A DNA stretch of 64,000 bases from an uncultured Verrucomicrobiota bacterium. Its GTDB lineage: Bacteria > Verrucomicrobiota > Verrucomicrobiia > Methylacidiphilales > CAMAQI01. The position numbers and the translations under genes were made by a program. Positions 27,778 through 37,050 of the stretch are shown here, one piece after another (the stretch's first letter is position 1; each line of letters starts with the position of its first letter). The notes beneath the pieces were generated by a model. It was not told where the DNA came from. It searched no databases and saw nothing but the letters and a program-made list of their open reading frames with translations. The stretch lies in assembly GCA_964555235.1 (NCBI GenBank), contig CAZKRU010000005.1:2457-66456 (forward strand), read 5' to 3'.

Positions 27778-27925
27778 CGATCATCCGGTAACGCCCGGAC
27801 CCATCTGTTTTTTAATCAGAAACTCACGAACTCAGAAAAAATGAGAGAGCACTCTGCTTCTTTGCCTCATGAGTTCCTGAGTTTCAAATCTTTTCGAAAC
27901 CATGAGATTAATTGCAATGTCTAGG

Positions 27926-27942
27926 AGGGTTATACCCCATAG
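27926..27942 (+). promoter_or_regulatory. Copy f of conserved upstream motif (AGGGTTATACCCCATAG)
   Basis: 35 nt upstream of the ATG at 27978. Confidence 0.5.
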
Positions 27943-27977
27943 CACCACTAAGTCGTTCAGGTAGATTGTTGGTATAT

Positions 27978-28187
27978 ATGAAAAACCAAGTCTACAAACT
28001 CATCGAAATTACCGGCACTTCAACGACTTCCATGGAAGACGCAGTGAACCGAGGGATTCAGCGTGCTCATAAAACGGTTAAGGATCTTTGTTGGTTTCAA
28101 GTGGTTGAAACACGCGGAAGCATTAACAAAGGAAAAGTGGATCATTGGCAGGTGACCATCAAAGTTGGATTTTGCGTGAAAGCCTGA
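27978..28187 (+). CDS. Dodecin-family flavin-binding protein
   Basis: 'MKNQVYKLIEITGTSTTSMEDAVNRGIQRAHKTVKDLCWFQVVETRGSINKGKVDHWQVTIKVGF' matches the canonical dodecin pattern. The ORF opens at 27912. Confidence 0.8.
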   Translation: MKNQVYKLIEITGTSTTSMEDAVNRGIQRAHKTVKDLCWFQVVETRGSINKGKVDHWQVTIKVGFCVKA

Positions 28188-28195
28188 GAACGACC

Positions 28196-28408
28196 ATGAG
28201 TCTACTTAAATCAGAAGTACCGGTTGTTGAAAAAAATTTCGACAAGGATCTCAAAACATTTGAACGCCTCCCAGACAAAACGAAGGAATTAGAGCTTCTC
28301 AGGGATCAAGGAGAGAAGTCGATTGGTCAGGCCTGCGCGAACCTCAATAAAATGATCTGGGAGAAGTCCAAACAAGCTCCGATCCGGCCGATTTGGTTGT
28401 TGTTGTAA
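28196..28408 (+). CDS. Hypothetical small protein
   Basis: 70 aa from an ATG 9 nt after the dodecin stop. No motif recognised. Confidence 0.3.
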   Translation: MSLLKSEVPVVEKNFDKDLKTFERLPDKTKELELLRDQGEKSIGQACANLNKMIWEKSKQAPIRPIWLLL

Positions 28409-28448
28409 CAAGGGAGAGGTTCATCGCGAGAGGATCTTTTACATCGAT

Positions 28449-28487
28449 GGACAGGATTTACAGGATGTAATCATGTTGATCCTGTTC
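28449..28487. repeat. ACAGGAT / ATCCTGT hairpin-type intergenic element
   Basis: Two direct ACAGGAT copies (28451, 28460) and one inverted ATCCTGT (28479), downstream of a stop codon. Confidence 0.45.
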
Positions 28488-28562
28488 ATTTGAAAACAAC
28501 GCTTATTTGCAGTTTGTCCCTCGTGCTTGACGTGTTTTATCGATTATTAAATCTTGCTTCTC

Positions 28563-30467
28563 ATGAGTATTAGCAGTCCGAAGAAACAGGCCGTTCTAAA
28601 TCCAAATCAAGACTCACCGTCCGGTCTCTGGCAACGCAAAAGTATGATCATCGCGGCGTTATCTGTCGTGGCCATTCTTTTGCATCTAGTACTCCGTTTT
28701 GGTTTTCTTGCTGCTACGGAGACCTATCGGATTCCGTTGCTAGCCACGTTGGTGATCGGTGGTTTGCCGCTCCTCTACGATTTATTGCGAAAGCTCCTCA
28801 AGTGTGAATTCGGATCGGATCTGCTGGGCGGTATTTCCATCATTGCGTCTGTTTTACTCGGAGAATACTTGGCGGGTTCGATCATCGTATTGATGCTCTC
28901 GGGAGGTGAAGCGTTGGAGAGTTATGCGTTGAAGAGTGCCTCTTCGGTGTTGGCCGCATTGGCAAAACGAATGCCTTCGATTGCGCATCAGAAACGCGAT
29001 TCTGGAATGGTCGATGTCGCGCTGACTGATATCGCAGTGGGCGATATTCTTGTGATTTATCCGCACGAAATTTGTCCTGCCGACGGAGTCGTGATCGAAG
29101 GCCACGGGGTCATGGATGAGTCTTATCTGACAGGTGAACCGTTCCAGATTATAAAGACCTCCGGGTCGACGGTTATCTCGGGTGCGGTAAATGGTGAGTC
29201 AGCACTGACGATTCGCACGTCACAACGTGCGGCGGATTCGCGTTATGCCAAGATCATGGAGGTCATGCGGGAGTCCGAATCCAAGCGTCCTCAATTGCAA
29301 CGATTGGGCGATCAACTTGGGGCCATTTATACTCCGGTCGCCCTGACGGTGGCTCTCCTTGCTTGGATCATCAGTGGTGAATCAATTCGTTTCCTCGCGG
29401 TGCTGGTCATTGCTACGCCATGCCCGCTGCTTCTCGCGATTCCGATAGCCATCATTAGCTCAATCTCCCTCTGCGCCCGTCGGGCCATTATCGTGAAAAG
29501 TCCTGTTGTTCTTGAGCAGATTGCTGGATGTCGTACTGCGATTTTTGACAAAACGGGAACGCTCACTTATGGAGAACCGACTTTGACGGAGCAATTGATC
29601 GTTTCCGGATTTGAGCCGCGGGAGGTGCTGACGCTGGTAGCAAGTCTGGAGCGTTACTCGAAGCATCCGTTAGCACGTGCCATTCTTGCTGCGGCGAAAG
29701 CGGAGGCTCTTCAGCTTCCGGAGGCGACGGAAGTCAGCGAAGAGCCTGGCAAAGGATTACGCGGGATTGTTTCTGGTCACCAACTACAAATCACAAGTCG
29801 AAACAAACTTCTCGCAGAGCAGGTGACCGGCCTTGATCAGCTTCCGCCAATTGCTGGGGGACTCGAATGTGTGGTGGTCATTAATCAACGCTATGCGGCT
29901 GCTTTACGTTTTCGCGATGCGCCGCGTGCGGAAAGTCGTTCTTTTGTGAGTCATCTCGGGCCAAAGCACCAATTTCAGCGGGTCATGATTGTATCCGGAG
30001 ATCGCGAAGCGGAGGTTCGGTACCTAGCGGATCAGGTCGGAATCACTGAAATCTATGCCCAAAAGAGTCCTGAAGAAAAGCTTTCCATTGTCCGTCAAGA
30101 AACGGCGGTTGCAAAAACACTTTACGTGGGAGATGGGATCAATGATGCCCCGGCGATGATGGCGGCCACCGTCGGGATTGCGATCGGTCAGAATAGTGAC
30201 GTGACTGCGGAAGCGGCTGGCGTGGTGATCATGGATAACTCGCTTAAAAAGGTGGATGAGTTCATGCACATCAGTCGTCGGATGCGAGTCATCGCCCTCC
30301 AGAGCGCGGTCGGCGGCATGGCATTGAGTGTGATTGGGATGGGCTTTGCGGCCACCGGTCATCTCAGTCCGGTCAGTGGCGCGATCACGCAAGAAGTCAT
30401 CGACGTGCTTGCGGTGCTGAATGCTTTGCGTGCTGCTTTTCCTCCCAAAGTGATTCATGATCTTTAA
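28563..30467 (+). CDS. P1B-type heavy-metal ATPase with P1B-5-like signature, no soluble metal-binding domains
   Basis: 'FDKTGTLT', 'GDGINDAP', a TM 'TPCP' motif ('VIATPCPLLLAIP') and a late-TM 'QEVID'. The track opens at a TTG at 28554; the first ATG is 28563. Confidence 0.8.
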   Translation: MSISSPKKQAVLNPNQDSPSGLWQRKSMIIAALSVVAILLHLVLRFGFLAATETYRIPLLATLVIGGLPLLYDLLRKLLKCEFGSDLLGGISIIASVLLGEYLAGSIIVLMLSGGEALESYALKSASSVLAALAKRMPSIAHQKRDSGMVDVALTDIAVGDILVIYPHEICPADGVVIEGHGVMDESYLTGEPFQIIKTSGSTVISGAVNGESALTIRTSQRAADSRYAKIMEVMRESESKRPQLQRLGDQLGAIYTPVALTVALLAWIISGESIRFLAVLVIATPCPLLLAIPIAIISSISLCARRAIIVKSPVVLEQIAGCRTAIFDKTGTLTYGEPTLTEQLIVSGFEPREVLTLVASLERYSKHPLARAILAAAKAEALQLPEATEVSEEPGKGLRGIVSGHQLQITSRNKLLAEQVTGLDQLPPIAGGLECVVVINQRYAAALRFRDAPRAESRSFVSHLGPKHQFQRVMIVSGDREAEVRYLADQVGITEIYAQKSPEEKLSIVRQETAVAKTLYVGDGINDAPAMMAATVGIAIGQNSDVTAEAAGVVIMDNSLKKVDEFMHISRRMRVIALQSAVGGMALSVIGMGFAATGHLSPVSGAITQEVIDVLAVLNALRAAFPPKVIHDL

Positions 30468-30541
30468 ATTCCTCTCTGAATTGCATGGGCTAGTTTCATC
30501 AAGACCGTAAGCTTTGCTTTATGGAGAACGAATTCAAACCG

Positions 30542-31561
30542 ATGAAGACCGTTGCCTTTTACGACACGAAATCTTATGATCGGCAATATTTTGAGAGTGC
30601 CGCCGGTGCGGAGCGCTTGAACTGGCAGTTCCACGAATTTCGTCTCACGTACGAGACTGCTTCCAGCGTGAATGGGGCTCAAGCGGTTTGTGTCTTCGTC
30701 AACGACCGCCTTGATCATGCGTGTCTGGAACAACTTCATCGCGTCGGTGTTCGGTTCGTAGCATTACGATGTGCAGGTTTTAATAATGTAGATCTCAATG
30801 CGGCGAAAGCACTCGGGATTGCTGTCACAAGAGTCTCTGCTTATTCACCACACGCCGTTGCAGAACATACCGTCGCGTTATTGCTTGCACTCAATCGAAA
30901 AATTCATCGCGCTTGGAATCGTGTCCGAGAATATAATTTCTCTCTCGCAGGGTTGGTCGGATTTGACCTCGCAGGCAAAACCATTGGTATTGTTGGGACG
31001 GGAAAAATCGGGAGAATCACGGCGCAAATTTTCCGTGGCTTTGACGCGACCGTACTCGCCTTTGATCCTGCGCCAGCGACCGATTGGGCAGAACAGCATG
31101 GGGTTCGCTACACGGATTTCGACACACTCCTTGCTGCGAGTGATGTCGTTTCGCTGCACTTACCACTGACACCGCAGTCGCGTCACCTGCTGAACGCGGA
31201 GACTTTTGCGCGAATGAAGCCTGGCGCGTTCCTCGTCAATACGAGTCGCGGAAAACTCGTGGACACGACCGCGCTCATTGAGGTTCTGAAGAGTCGGCGG
31301 CTCGGTGGCGTGGCGCTTGATGTTTATGAGGAAGAGGAAGGACTCTTCTTCGAAGATCACTCCGGTGAAGTGTTGCAGGACGATGAACTTAGTCGCCTCC
31401 TCAGTTTTCCTAACGTGCTGGTTACTGCACATCAAGCGTTTCTCACCCATGAAGCGTTGAGCGAAATTGCGCGAGTGACGACTGAAAATCTTCTCGCTTT
31501 TGCTGCGGGCCAGCCGCTTTTGGAATCGTCAGTATTGGTGGGTTTATCTGACCTGCGATAG
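30542..31561 (+). CDS. ldhA: D-lactate dehydrogenase (D-isomer 2-hydroxyacid dehydrogenase)
   Basis: Collinear with E. coli LdhA as I remember it ('MKTVAFYDTKSYDRQYFE', 'ALRCAGFNNVDL', 'GTGKIG', 'TAHQAFLT'). The ORF opens at 30521. Confidence 0.85.
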   Translation: MKTVAFYDTKSYDRQYFESAAGAERLNWQFHEFRLTYETASSVNGAQAVCVFVNDRLDHACLEQLHRVGVRFVALRCAGFNNVDLNAAKALGIAVTRVSAYSPHAVAEHTVALLLALNRKIHRAWNRVREYNFSLAGLVGFDLAGKTIGIVGTGKIGRITAQIFRGFDATVLAFDPAPATDWAEQHGVRYTDFDTLLAASDVVSLHLPLTPQSRHLLNAETFARMKPGAFLVNTSRGKLVDTTALIEVLKSRRLGGVALDVYEEEEGLFFEDHSGEVLQDDELSRLLSFPNVLVTAHQAFLTHEALSEIARVTTENLLAFAAGQPLLESSVLVGLSDLR

Positions 31562-31594
31562 GCTTGGTTTTCAATATAAAAAATCAAGGGATTG

Positions 31595-31620
31595 ACAGGA
31601 TGCAATCTTCCCCATCCTGT
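31595..31620. repeat. ACAGGATG-N10-CATCCTGT hairpin (same family as 28449)
   Basis: 8-bp perfect stem, 34 nt after the ldhA stop, followed by a T-rich stretch. It may act as a terminator. Confidence 0.45.
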
Positions 31621-31643
31621 TGAGCCATTTTTCATGCAGCAGT

Positions 31644-31660
31644 AGGGTTACACCCCATGG
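31644..31660 (+). promoter_or_regulatory. Copy g of conserved upstream motif (AGGGTTACACCCCATGG)
   Basis: 35 nt upstream of the ATG at 31696. Confidence 0.5.
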
Positions 31661-31695
31661 GAAAGTCGCGATGCTCCGTTTAAGGTGATTTCATT

Positions 31696-32118
31696 ATGAA
31701 AACTCTATTTACGGCAGAAACAATTTCAAAAGGCGGCCGCTCGGGAAGCCTTCAAACGGAGGATGGAATGCTCGATATTATTTTAGGAAATCCATTGGAG
31801 AAAGGGATCGAAAAACGGGGTCCCAATCCAGAACAGTTATTTGCGGGGGCCTACGCCGCTTGTTACCACGGAGCATTGGTCAATGCTGCTAAGAAACTCG
31901 AAACGACGATCAATAACTCCAAGGTACGAGCCTTGGTGAGTTTGGTTGAGGACGATCAGGATAACTACCAACTGCAGGTAGCGTTGCATGCACAACTTCC
32001 CGGGATCGATCGTATCCGGGCGAAACGGATCATGGATGCGGCGCATCAGACCTGCCCTTACTCCAAAGCCCTGCGAGGTGACGCTTCTGTTACGTTGGTG
32101 CTGGATGAATCGAACTAA
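31696..32118 (+). CDS. ohr: Organic hydroperoxide resistance protein (Ohr/OsmC family)
   Basis: 140 aa with the two Ohr cysteines in context ('AGAYAACYHGAL', 'AHQTCPYSKALRG'). Confidence 0.85.
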   Translation: MKTLFTAETISKGGRSGSLQTEDGMLDIILGNPLEKGIEKRGPNPEQLFAGAYAACYHGALVNAAKKLETTINNSKVRALVSLVEDDQDNYQLQVALHAQLPGIDRIRAKRIMDAAHQTCPYSKALRGDASVTLVLDESN

Positions 32119-32175
32119 GAAAACATTTTGTCGTCATCATGGCGGCGATTCAAAAACAAACTAAAGGAAAATACA

Positions 32176-32379
32176 ATGAACACACTCGAAATCAAAGGCG
32201 ACTGGAAGATTATCAAAGGTCAATTGAAACAGAAATGGGCCAAACTCACGGATGACGACCTTCAATTTGCCGAGGGGAAGCATGACGAATTGATCGGTCG
32301 CATTCAAAAGCGTACCGGTGAAGCACGTGAAGTGGTCGAAAAGGCATTCAAGGAAGCTTCGTCCTATTGCAATAAGTAG
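32176..32379 (+). CDS. CsbD-family general stress protein
   Basis: 'IKGDWKIIKGQLKQKWAKLTDDDLQFAEGKHDELIGRIQKRTG' is the typical CsbD pattern. The ORF opens at 32128. Confidence 0.8.
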   Translation: MNTLEIKGDWKIIKGQLKQKWAKLTDDDLQFAEGKHDELIGRIQKRTGEAREVVEKAFKEASSYCNK

Positions 32380-32403
32380 ACTGTCAATGGCTCGGGTATA
32401 CAG

Positions 32404-33843
32404 ATGAAGCTCAAGATAACCCATGTGGGAAGTTCTAAAAAAACTTGGAGCGACCGCCTGAACCAACCGGTTCGGGCGGTGTCCAGGTCTTTGCCAAAGC
32501 CCGCGTTGGTGGAGGGTGGAACGGGGATCGTTCGCAAGCGAGCGTTGTGGAAGTCTGCGTCACCTTGGCAAGGCTTGAGGCGATTTCGAGAGAGGAGTGA
32601 TTTACTCTTTACTTCCCTTCGTCCTCGGATGAATCGCGTCCTGCCGGTGGAGCTGCAATCGGAGAGTGTCGGGCTTCTCGTTGAGGGGCTCCCTGAAGGA
32701 ATTCGTGACGATGGATTTGAGCGCTTGGTCACTCGAATCGATACGGGACCGATTCATCATGGCAATGAGGTTCAACTTTTTTTTCGGGGGGAAGAGGCGT
32801 TGGATTCGGTTTGCCGAGAGATCGAAAATGCGACGGAAGAAGTTTTATTGGAAACCTATATTCTACGAGATGATGCCACGGGGCGAAAAATCTTGAAGTT
32901 ATTGGCGGGGGCCGTTGCGCGAGGAGTCAGGGTTCGAGTTCTGGTGGATGCGTACGGCTCATGGAGCACCAAATCGTCGTTTTGGCGTGAGATGCAGAAT
33001 TCAGGGATTGAGGCGCGTCGCTTTCATCCGTTTTGGAGTCATTTAAAGAGCTTTTTTTTTCGCGATCATCGCAAGATCATTGTCGTCGATCGCCGAGTAT
33101 CGTTCACGGGCGGCATGAATGTGGCCAATGAATATGGGTCCTCTCGTCACCACCAGAACACTTCGTGGCGCGATACCCATGTTCGTATCGAGGGACCCAC
33201 CTCGTGGGAAATGGCGCTTGTTTTTAATGAAGGATGGGAGCGTGCAGGCGGCAAGCCCCTTCAGATCCCTTCACTTGCGCCAACGAATCATGGGGGTGCG
33301 AAAACACTCGTATTGGATTCGTGCTTTGGACGTGGTCATGATGAGACGGCGGCAGTCCTGGCGGCGTTGGTTGCGGGGGCTCGAAAACGACTTTGGATTA
33401 CCAATTCCTATTTTGCACCGAATCAGATGGCGATTCGTCTCTTAAAGCGTGCGGCTCAGCGTGGGGTGGATGTCCGGCTTCTGTTGCAGGGCCAAACCGA
33501 TATGCCTCTGGTACACTATGCTGGACACGGAAATTATTCTGAACTCCTTGCAGGCGGGGTGAAGATTTTCGAGTATCAGTCTGCGATTCTCCATGCCAAG
33601 ACCCTCGTGGTGGATGATTACGCGTCGGTAATCGGTTCATCGAATCTCGATTTCAGATCCTTCTATTTCAACGCTGAGTGCAATGTTTTAATCTTTGACG
33701 AGATGACGGGAGAAACGATGGCTCAGCAGTTCCAAGAGGATCTGAAGCAGTCGACGGAGATACGGCTTGAAACCTGGAGCCGACGACCACTGCTGCATCG
33801 CTTGCGTGATATCCTGGCGCGGAGTCTGAGCCCGTTGTTTTGA
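32404..33843 (+). CDS. Phospholipase D-family cardiolipin synthase (ClsB-like)
   Basis: Two HKD motifs ('HRKIIVVDRRVSFTGGMN', 'LHAKTLVVDDYASVIGSSNLD'). The start is uncertain; an alternative ATG at 32629 would remove a basic 75-aa extension. Confidence 0.8.
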   Translation: MKLKITHVGSSKKTWSDRLNQPVRAVSRSLPKPALVEGGTGIVRKRALWKSASPWQGLRRFRERSDLLFTSLRPRMNRVLPVELQSESVGLLVEGLPEGIRDDGFERLVTRIDTGPIHHGNEVQLFFRGEEALDSVCREIENATEEVLLETYILRDDATGRKILKLLAGAVARGVRVRVLVDAYGSWSTKSSFWREMQNSGIEARRFHPFWSHLKSFFFRDHRKIIVVDRRVSFTGGMNVANEYGSSRHHQNTSWRDTHVRIEGPTSWEMALVFNEGWERAGGKPLQIPSLAPTNHGGAKTLVLDSCFGRGHDETAAVLAALVAGARKRLWITNSYFAPNQMAIRLLKRAAQRGVDVRLLLQGQTDMPLVHYAGHGNYSELLAGGVKIFEYQSAILHAKTLVVDDYASVIGSSNLDFRSFYFNAECNVLIFDEMTGETMAQQFQEDLKQSTEIRLETWSRRPLLHRLRDILARSLSPLF

Positions 33844-34679
33844 ATGGGACGAACTCAAAAAAGATCTACTCGATGAAGATGATTCAGATGATTTCAGAAC
33901 TCGGAACATTCACGATCTCCCAGTTGCAGGAGCTGAGCAGTCTGGTCTGGATGGGGAGGGAGACGGTTTCTGAAATTGTCGAGCGAGTGATGAAGCGTCG
34001 TACTCCGTTTCGGTTGGAACATTTTTTTTATCAAGGGAATCGCGCCGGGGTTGGGTCTGTTCCGATGGTGGTGCTGCTTTCTGTTTTTGTGGGGCTGACG
34101 ATGGCGTTGCTGACCGGCTACCAACTGCAGCGATTTGGACTGGTGACCTTGGTGCCGGCGGTTGTTTCCGTTTCTTTCACGCGTGAGATGGGGCCACTTT
34201 TCACAGGCATCGTGCTGGCGTCACGAGTTGGTGCCGCCTATACGGCAGAGTTGGGAGCCATGACGGCGGGAGGTGAAGTGAATGCGATTGAGGGAATGGG
34301 GATCGGGGCGCTTCGTTATCTGGTGACGCCTCGAATTCTGGCGATCTTTTGTTTGACCCCCTGTTTAACCGTCATTTCCATTGTTTCCGGTGTTTTTGGC
34401 GCGGCGTTTATCTCGAGTTTGATGTTGCAGATCAGTCCTGATTTTTTCTTTGATCAAGTGATGTCGAATCTGCTGGTGAAAGATGTGATGTCTGGAATTG
34501 TAAAAAGTTTTTTGTTTGGCGCCATTATTGGGATTATCGCCTGCTACAAGGGCCTCTCGGTGAAGGGGGGCGCGGTCGGGGTGGGGAGTGCGACAACCTC
34601 CAGTGTGGTGAGTGCAATCTGCTCCGTCATTGCCTGTGATTCATTCTGCAATGTTTTTATCGTCACCTTTTTCCCATGA
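33840..34679 (+). CDS. mlaE: MlaE-type ABC transporter permease
   Basis: Polytopic permease directly followed by ATPase and MCE genes. The track start is a TTG overlapping the cls stop; an ATG alternative is at 33873. Confidence 0.75.
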   Translation: MNGTNSKKIYSMKMIQMISELGTFTISQLQELSSLVWMGRETVSEIVERVMKRRTPFRLEHFFYQGNRAGVGSVPMVVLLSVFVGLTMALLTGYQLQRFGLVTLVPAVVSVSFTREMGPLFTGIVLASRVGAAYTAELGAMTAGGEVNAIEGMGIGALRYLVTPRILAIFCLTPCLTVISIVSGVFGAAFISSLMLQISPDFFFDQVMSNLLVKDVMSGIVKSFLFGAIIGIIACYKGLSVKGGAVGVGSATTSSVVSAICSVIACDSFCNVFIVTFFP

Positions 34680-35443
34680 GTGCGAATCCTGAAAAATTGG
34701 TAGAGATGCGAGGGGTTAATCTGAAATTCGCAGAGAAAGTCATTTTGGAGAGCGTGGATCTTTCCCTCAAATCGCAAGAGGTTTTGGTGATCATGGGACT
34801 CAGTGGTTGTGGGAAGAGTACCTTGCTGAGCATTCTGATGGGACTGCTGAAACCGAATGCAGGGTCTGTTTTATTTAGGAACGAAGAGCTGACAAAAATT
34901 TCACGACCCAAATTAAACGACGTTCGAAGCCATATGGGAATGGTTTATCAAAATGCGGCTTTAATTAGCTCGATGAATGTTGGCGATAATATCGGACTTT
35001 CCTTGAGAGAACTTTCGGAGAAAACCGAGAAGGAAATAAATGCAGTGGTCGATCAGAAATTGGAATTAGTCGGACTGAAAGATTCTCGAGAAAAACTCCC
35101 CTCTGAACTCAGCGGGGGAATGCAGAAACGGGTCGGCTTAGCGCGGGCGTTGGCGATGGAACCGGAGTTGGTGCTTTTTGATGAGCCCTCGGCGGGTCTT
35201 GATCCGATTAATAGCAAACTGATTGATGAACTCATCGTTAAATTGAGAGACCAGCAGAAAGTCACCTCCATTGTGGTGACTCACGAAATGGAGAGTGCGT
35301 TTGCAATCGCGACGCGCATGGCGTTTCTTCATGAAGGAAAAATAATTCTCGATGGGACTCCTGATGAATTTAGACATTCGGAGCATCCCATCATCCGTAA
35401 ATTTCTTTCCTCTTTTTCAGATCACAAATCGGCCAAGGAGTAA
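34676..35443 (+). CDS. mlaF: MlaF-type ABC transporter ATP-binding protein
   Basis: Walker A 'GLSGCGKST', signature 'LSGGMQKRVGLARA' and Walker B 'LVLFDEP'. Confidence 0.9.
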   Translation: MSANPEKLVEMRGVNLKFAEKVILESVDLSLKSQEVLVIMGLSGCGKSTLLSILMGLLKPNAGSVLFRNEELTKISRPKLNDVRSHMGMVYQNAALISSMNVGDNIGLSLRELSEKTEKEINAVVDQKLELVGLKDSREKLPSELSGGMQKRVGLARALAMEPELVLFDEPSAGLDPINSKLIDELIVKLRDQQKVTSIVVTHEMESAFAIATRMAFLHEGKIILDGTPDEFRHSEHPIIRKFLSSFSDHKSAKE

Positions 35444-35446
35444 TGG

Positions 35447-36115
35447 GTGCAAATTCACAAAAATGAAATAACGACGGGAATTCTCGTTTTGACAACGTTC
35501 GGTTTTTTGCTCGTGATTCTCGTGATCATCGGAATGCCTGGGCTCATCAGGCCGCTCAATACCTTTCGAATTTACTATGACAATGCCGGGGGGATTCGTC
35601 CGGGTGCACCGGTGCTCCTCGCGGGCCGAGAGATCGGCAAGGTCACCACACTCCAGTCCCCGGTGCCGTTGGAAAAACGACCGAGCGGGCATGACGATTT
35701 CGAAGTTTCCATTGAGGTACAGGTGGCAAAGGATGCGGAGATTTATCGGAATGCAACGGTGCGTTTAACCCAGCAAGGTCTCATGGGACAGCAAGTGATC
35801 GACTTTGTGCGCGGGGAGGCAAGTGCCGGATTGGCAGAGAATCATATGGAGTTTGCGGGGGAGCGGGTCCCCGATATGTCGGAATCGGTGGCCAATAATA
35901 TGAAGCGTCTTACAGGACCTGATTCCGATCTGGCGCAGACGATCAAAAAAGTGAAGGAGTTTATGGAGATGTTGAACAATTCTAAAATTCCAAAAGTCAT
36001 CCAGAATACCGAACAATTTACGGATACCCTCAAGCGTGAACCGTGGAGACTCCTTTGGCCGAGCACCAAACCTTATGCTGGTGATGAGAAAGCTCCTTCC
36101 GCGAAGAAGAAATAG
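35447..36115 (+). CDS. mlaD: MlaD-type MCE-domain substrate-binding protein
   Basis: N-terminal TM anchor, then an MCE core ('FRIYYDNAGGIRPGAPVLLAGREIGKV'). GTG start. Confidence 0.75.
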   Translation: MQIHKNEITTGILVLTTFGFLLVILVIIGMPGLIRPLNTFRIYYDNAGGIRPGAPVLLAGREIGKVTTLQSPVPLEKRPSGHDDFEVSIEVQVAKDAEIYRNATVRLTQQGLMGQQVIDFVRGEASAGLAENHMEFAGERVPDMSESVANNMKRLTGPDSDLAQTIKKVKEFMEMLNNSKIPKVIQNTEQFTDTLKREPWRLLWPSTKPYAGDEKAPSAKKK

Positions 36116-36126
36116 GATTCTCGTTT

Positions 36127-36155
36127 TTGGTAGGGCGTGGTCTCCGACCGCGCCG
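36127..36155. repeat. GGTAGGG REP-like element copy (TTGGTAGGGCGTGGTCTCCGACCGCGCCG)
   Basis: Close to the left arm and hairpin of 22841..22917. It lies 12 nt after the mlaD stop and contains the hairpin GGCGTGGTC-TCC-GACCGCGCC. Confidence 0.5.
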
Positions 36156-36314
36156 CGGCTTGGGGATCAGACCAACTCGGAGCAGGGAGGGATTGCCACA
36201 GAACGCACAAAAGCCACAAAAAGGACGGGCTGCTTTTATATTTTGAATTCAACGCTTTTCGATGGATCTATGATTTAAGGTCATGACACTGGGGGGGGTC
36301 TCAAAGCGATCCTT

Positions 36315-36851
36315 TTATCGTTGGTCTCTAAGTTTCAAATGGGAAAGCCTTTTTGTAGGAGGATACATAATCACTCCCATGGATTCTACCACATAAGGTA
36401 GAGTAGGAATTTGGGCTTTCGCTGCCTCAATAGTTTGCTTCGCCAAGGCCAATGGAAATTGCATTGCGAGTGTGCAATGTGGTTTCCATCTTTCAACGGT
36501 GTAATAGTCATGGCATTTGACGCAAGCTTTCGCCATTGCTTGAAGCACATCGACATGCACTTTCTCTAGGGCTCCGATTCGCTTGAACCCTGAATAAACA
36601 ACAGTCGGATCTGTTTGAAATGATGCAATATCAGAAGGGGAAAGTGGAAATGGGGATAGTACCTCTGCTATCTGAATCAGATCTTTCTCCAATTCAGGGT
36701 TTAAGGATTCCATAACAGCTAAGGCAACATGTGGATAAACACCGTTCTGAAGCATGTATTCAGATCCAGTAATCTTTGAAAGATATTCCCAGATAGCTGC
36801 GATGTCTTTGGAAGTTGCTGAATCAAAAAATAATTGTATCGAATAAGGCAT
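36315..36851 (-). CDS. 2H phosphoesterase / 2'-5' RNA ligase-like protein
   Basis: Two H-x-T/S-x-type motifs about 90 aa apart ('PHVALAV', which is degenerate, and 'PHCTLAM'). 178 aa. Confidence 0.5.
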   Translation of the reverse strand: MPYSIQLFFDSATSKDIAAIWEYLSKITGSEYMLQNGVYPHVALAVMESLNPELEKDLIQIAEVLSPFPLSPSDIASFQTDPTVVYSGFKRIGALEKVHVDVLQAMAKACVKCHDYYTVERWKPHCTLAMQFPLALAKQTIEAAKAQIPTLPYVVESMGVIMYPPTKRLSHLKLRDQR

Positions 36852-37050
36852 ATAACTTTAAAGGCTACAGGTTTGGCGATCTATTACGTTCTCACTTAGG
36901 CCGCGATAAAATTGCGGTTGACGATGGTTCATTTAAAACATGTTTTTCTGTTCGGTCTTAATCTCAGCATGGAGATGCCGACGCCTCAAGATCTAAAAGA
37001 TTCTGCCACGCTGAAACGGGAGCGTTTTTATCATCTTGCTCTCATTGAAA

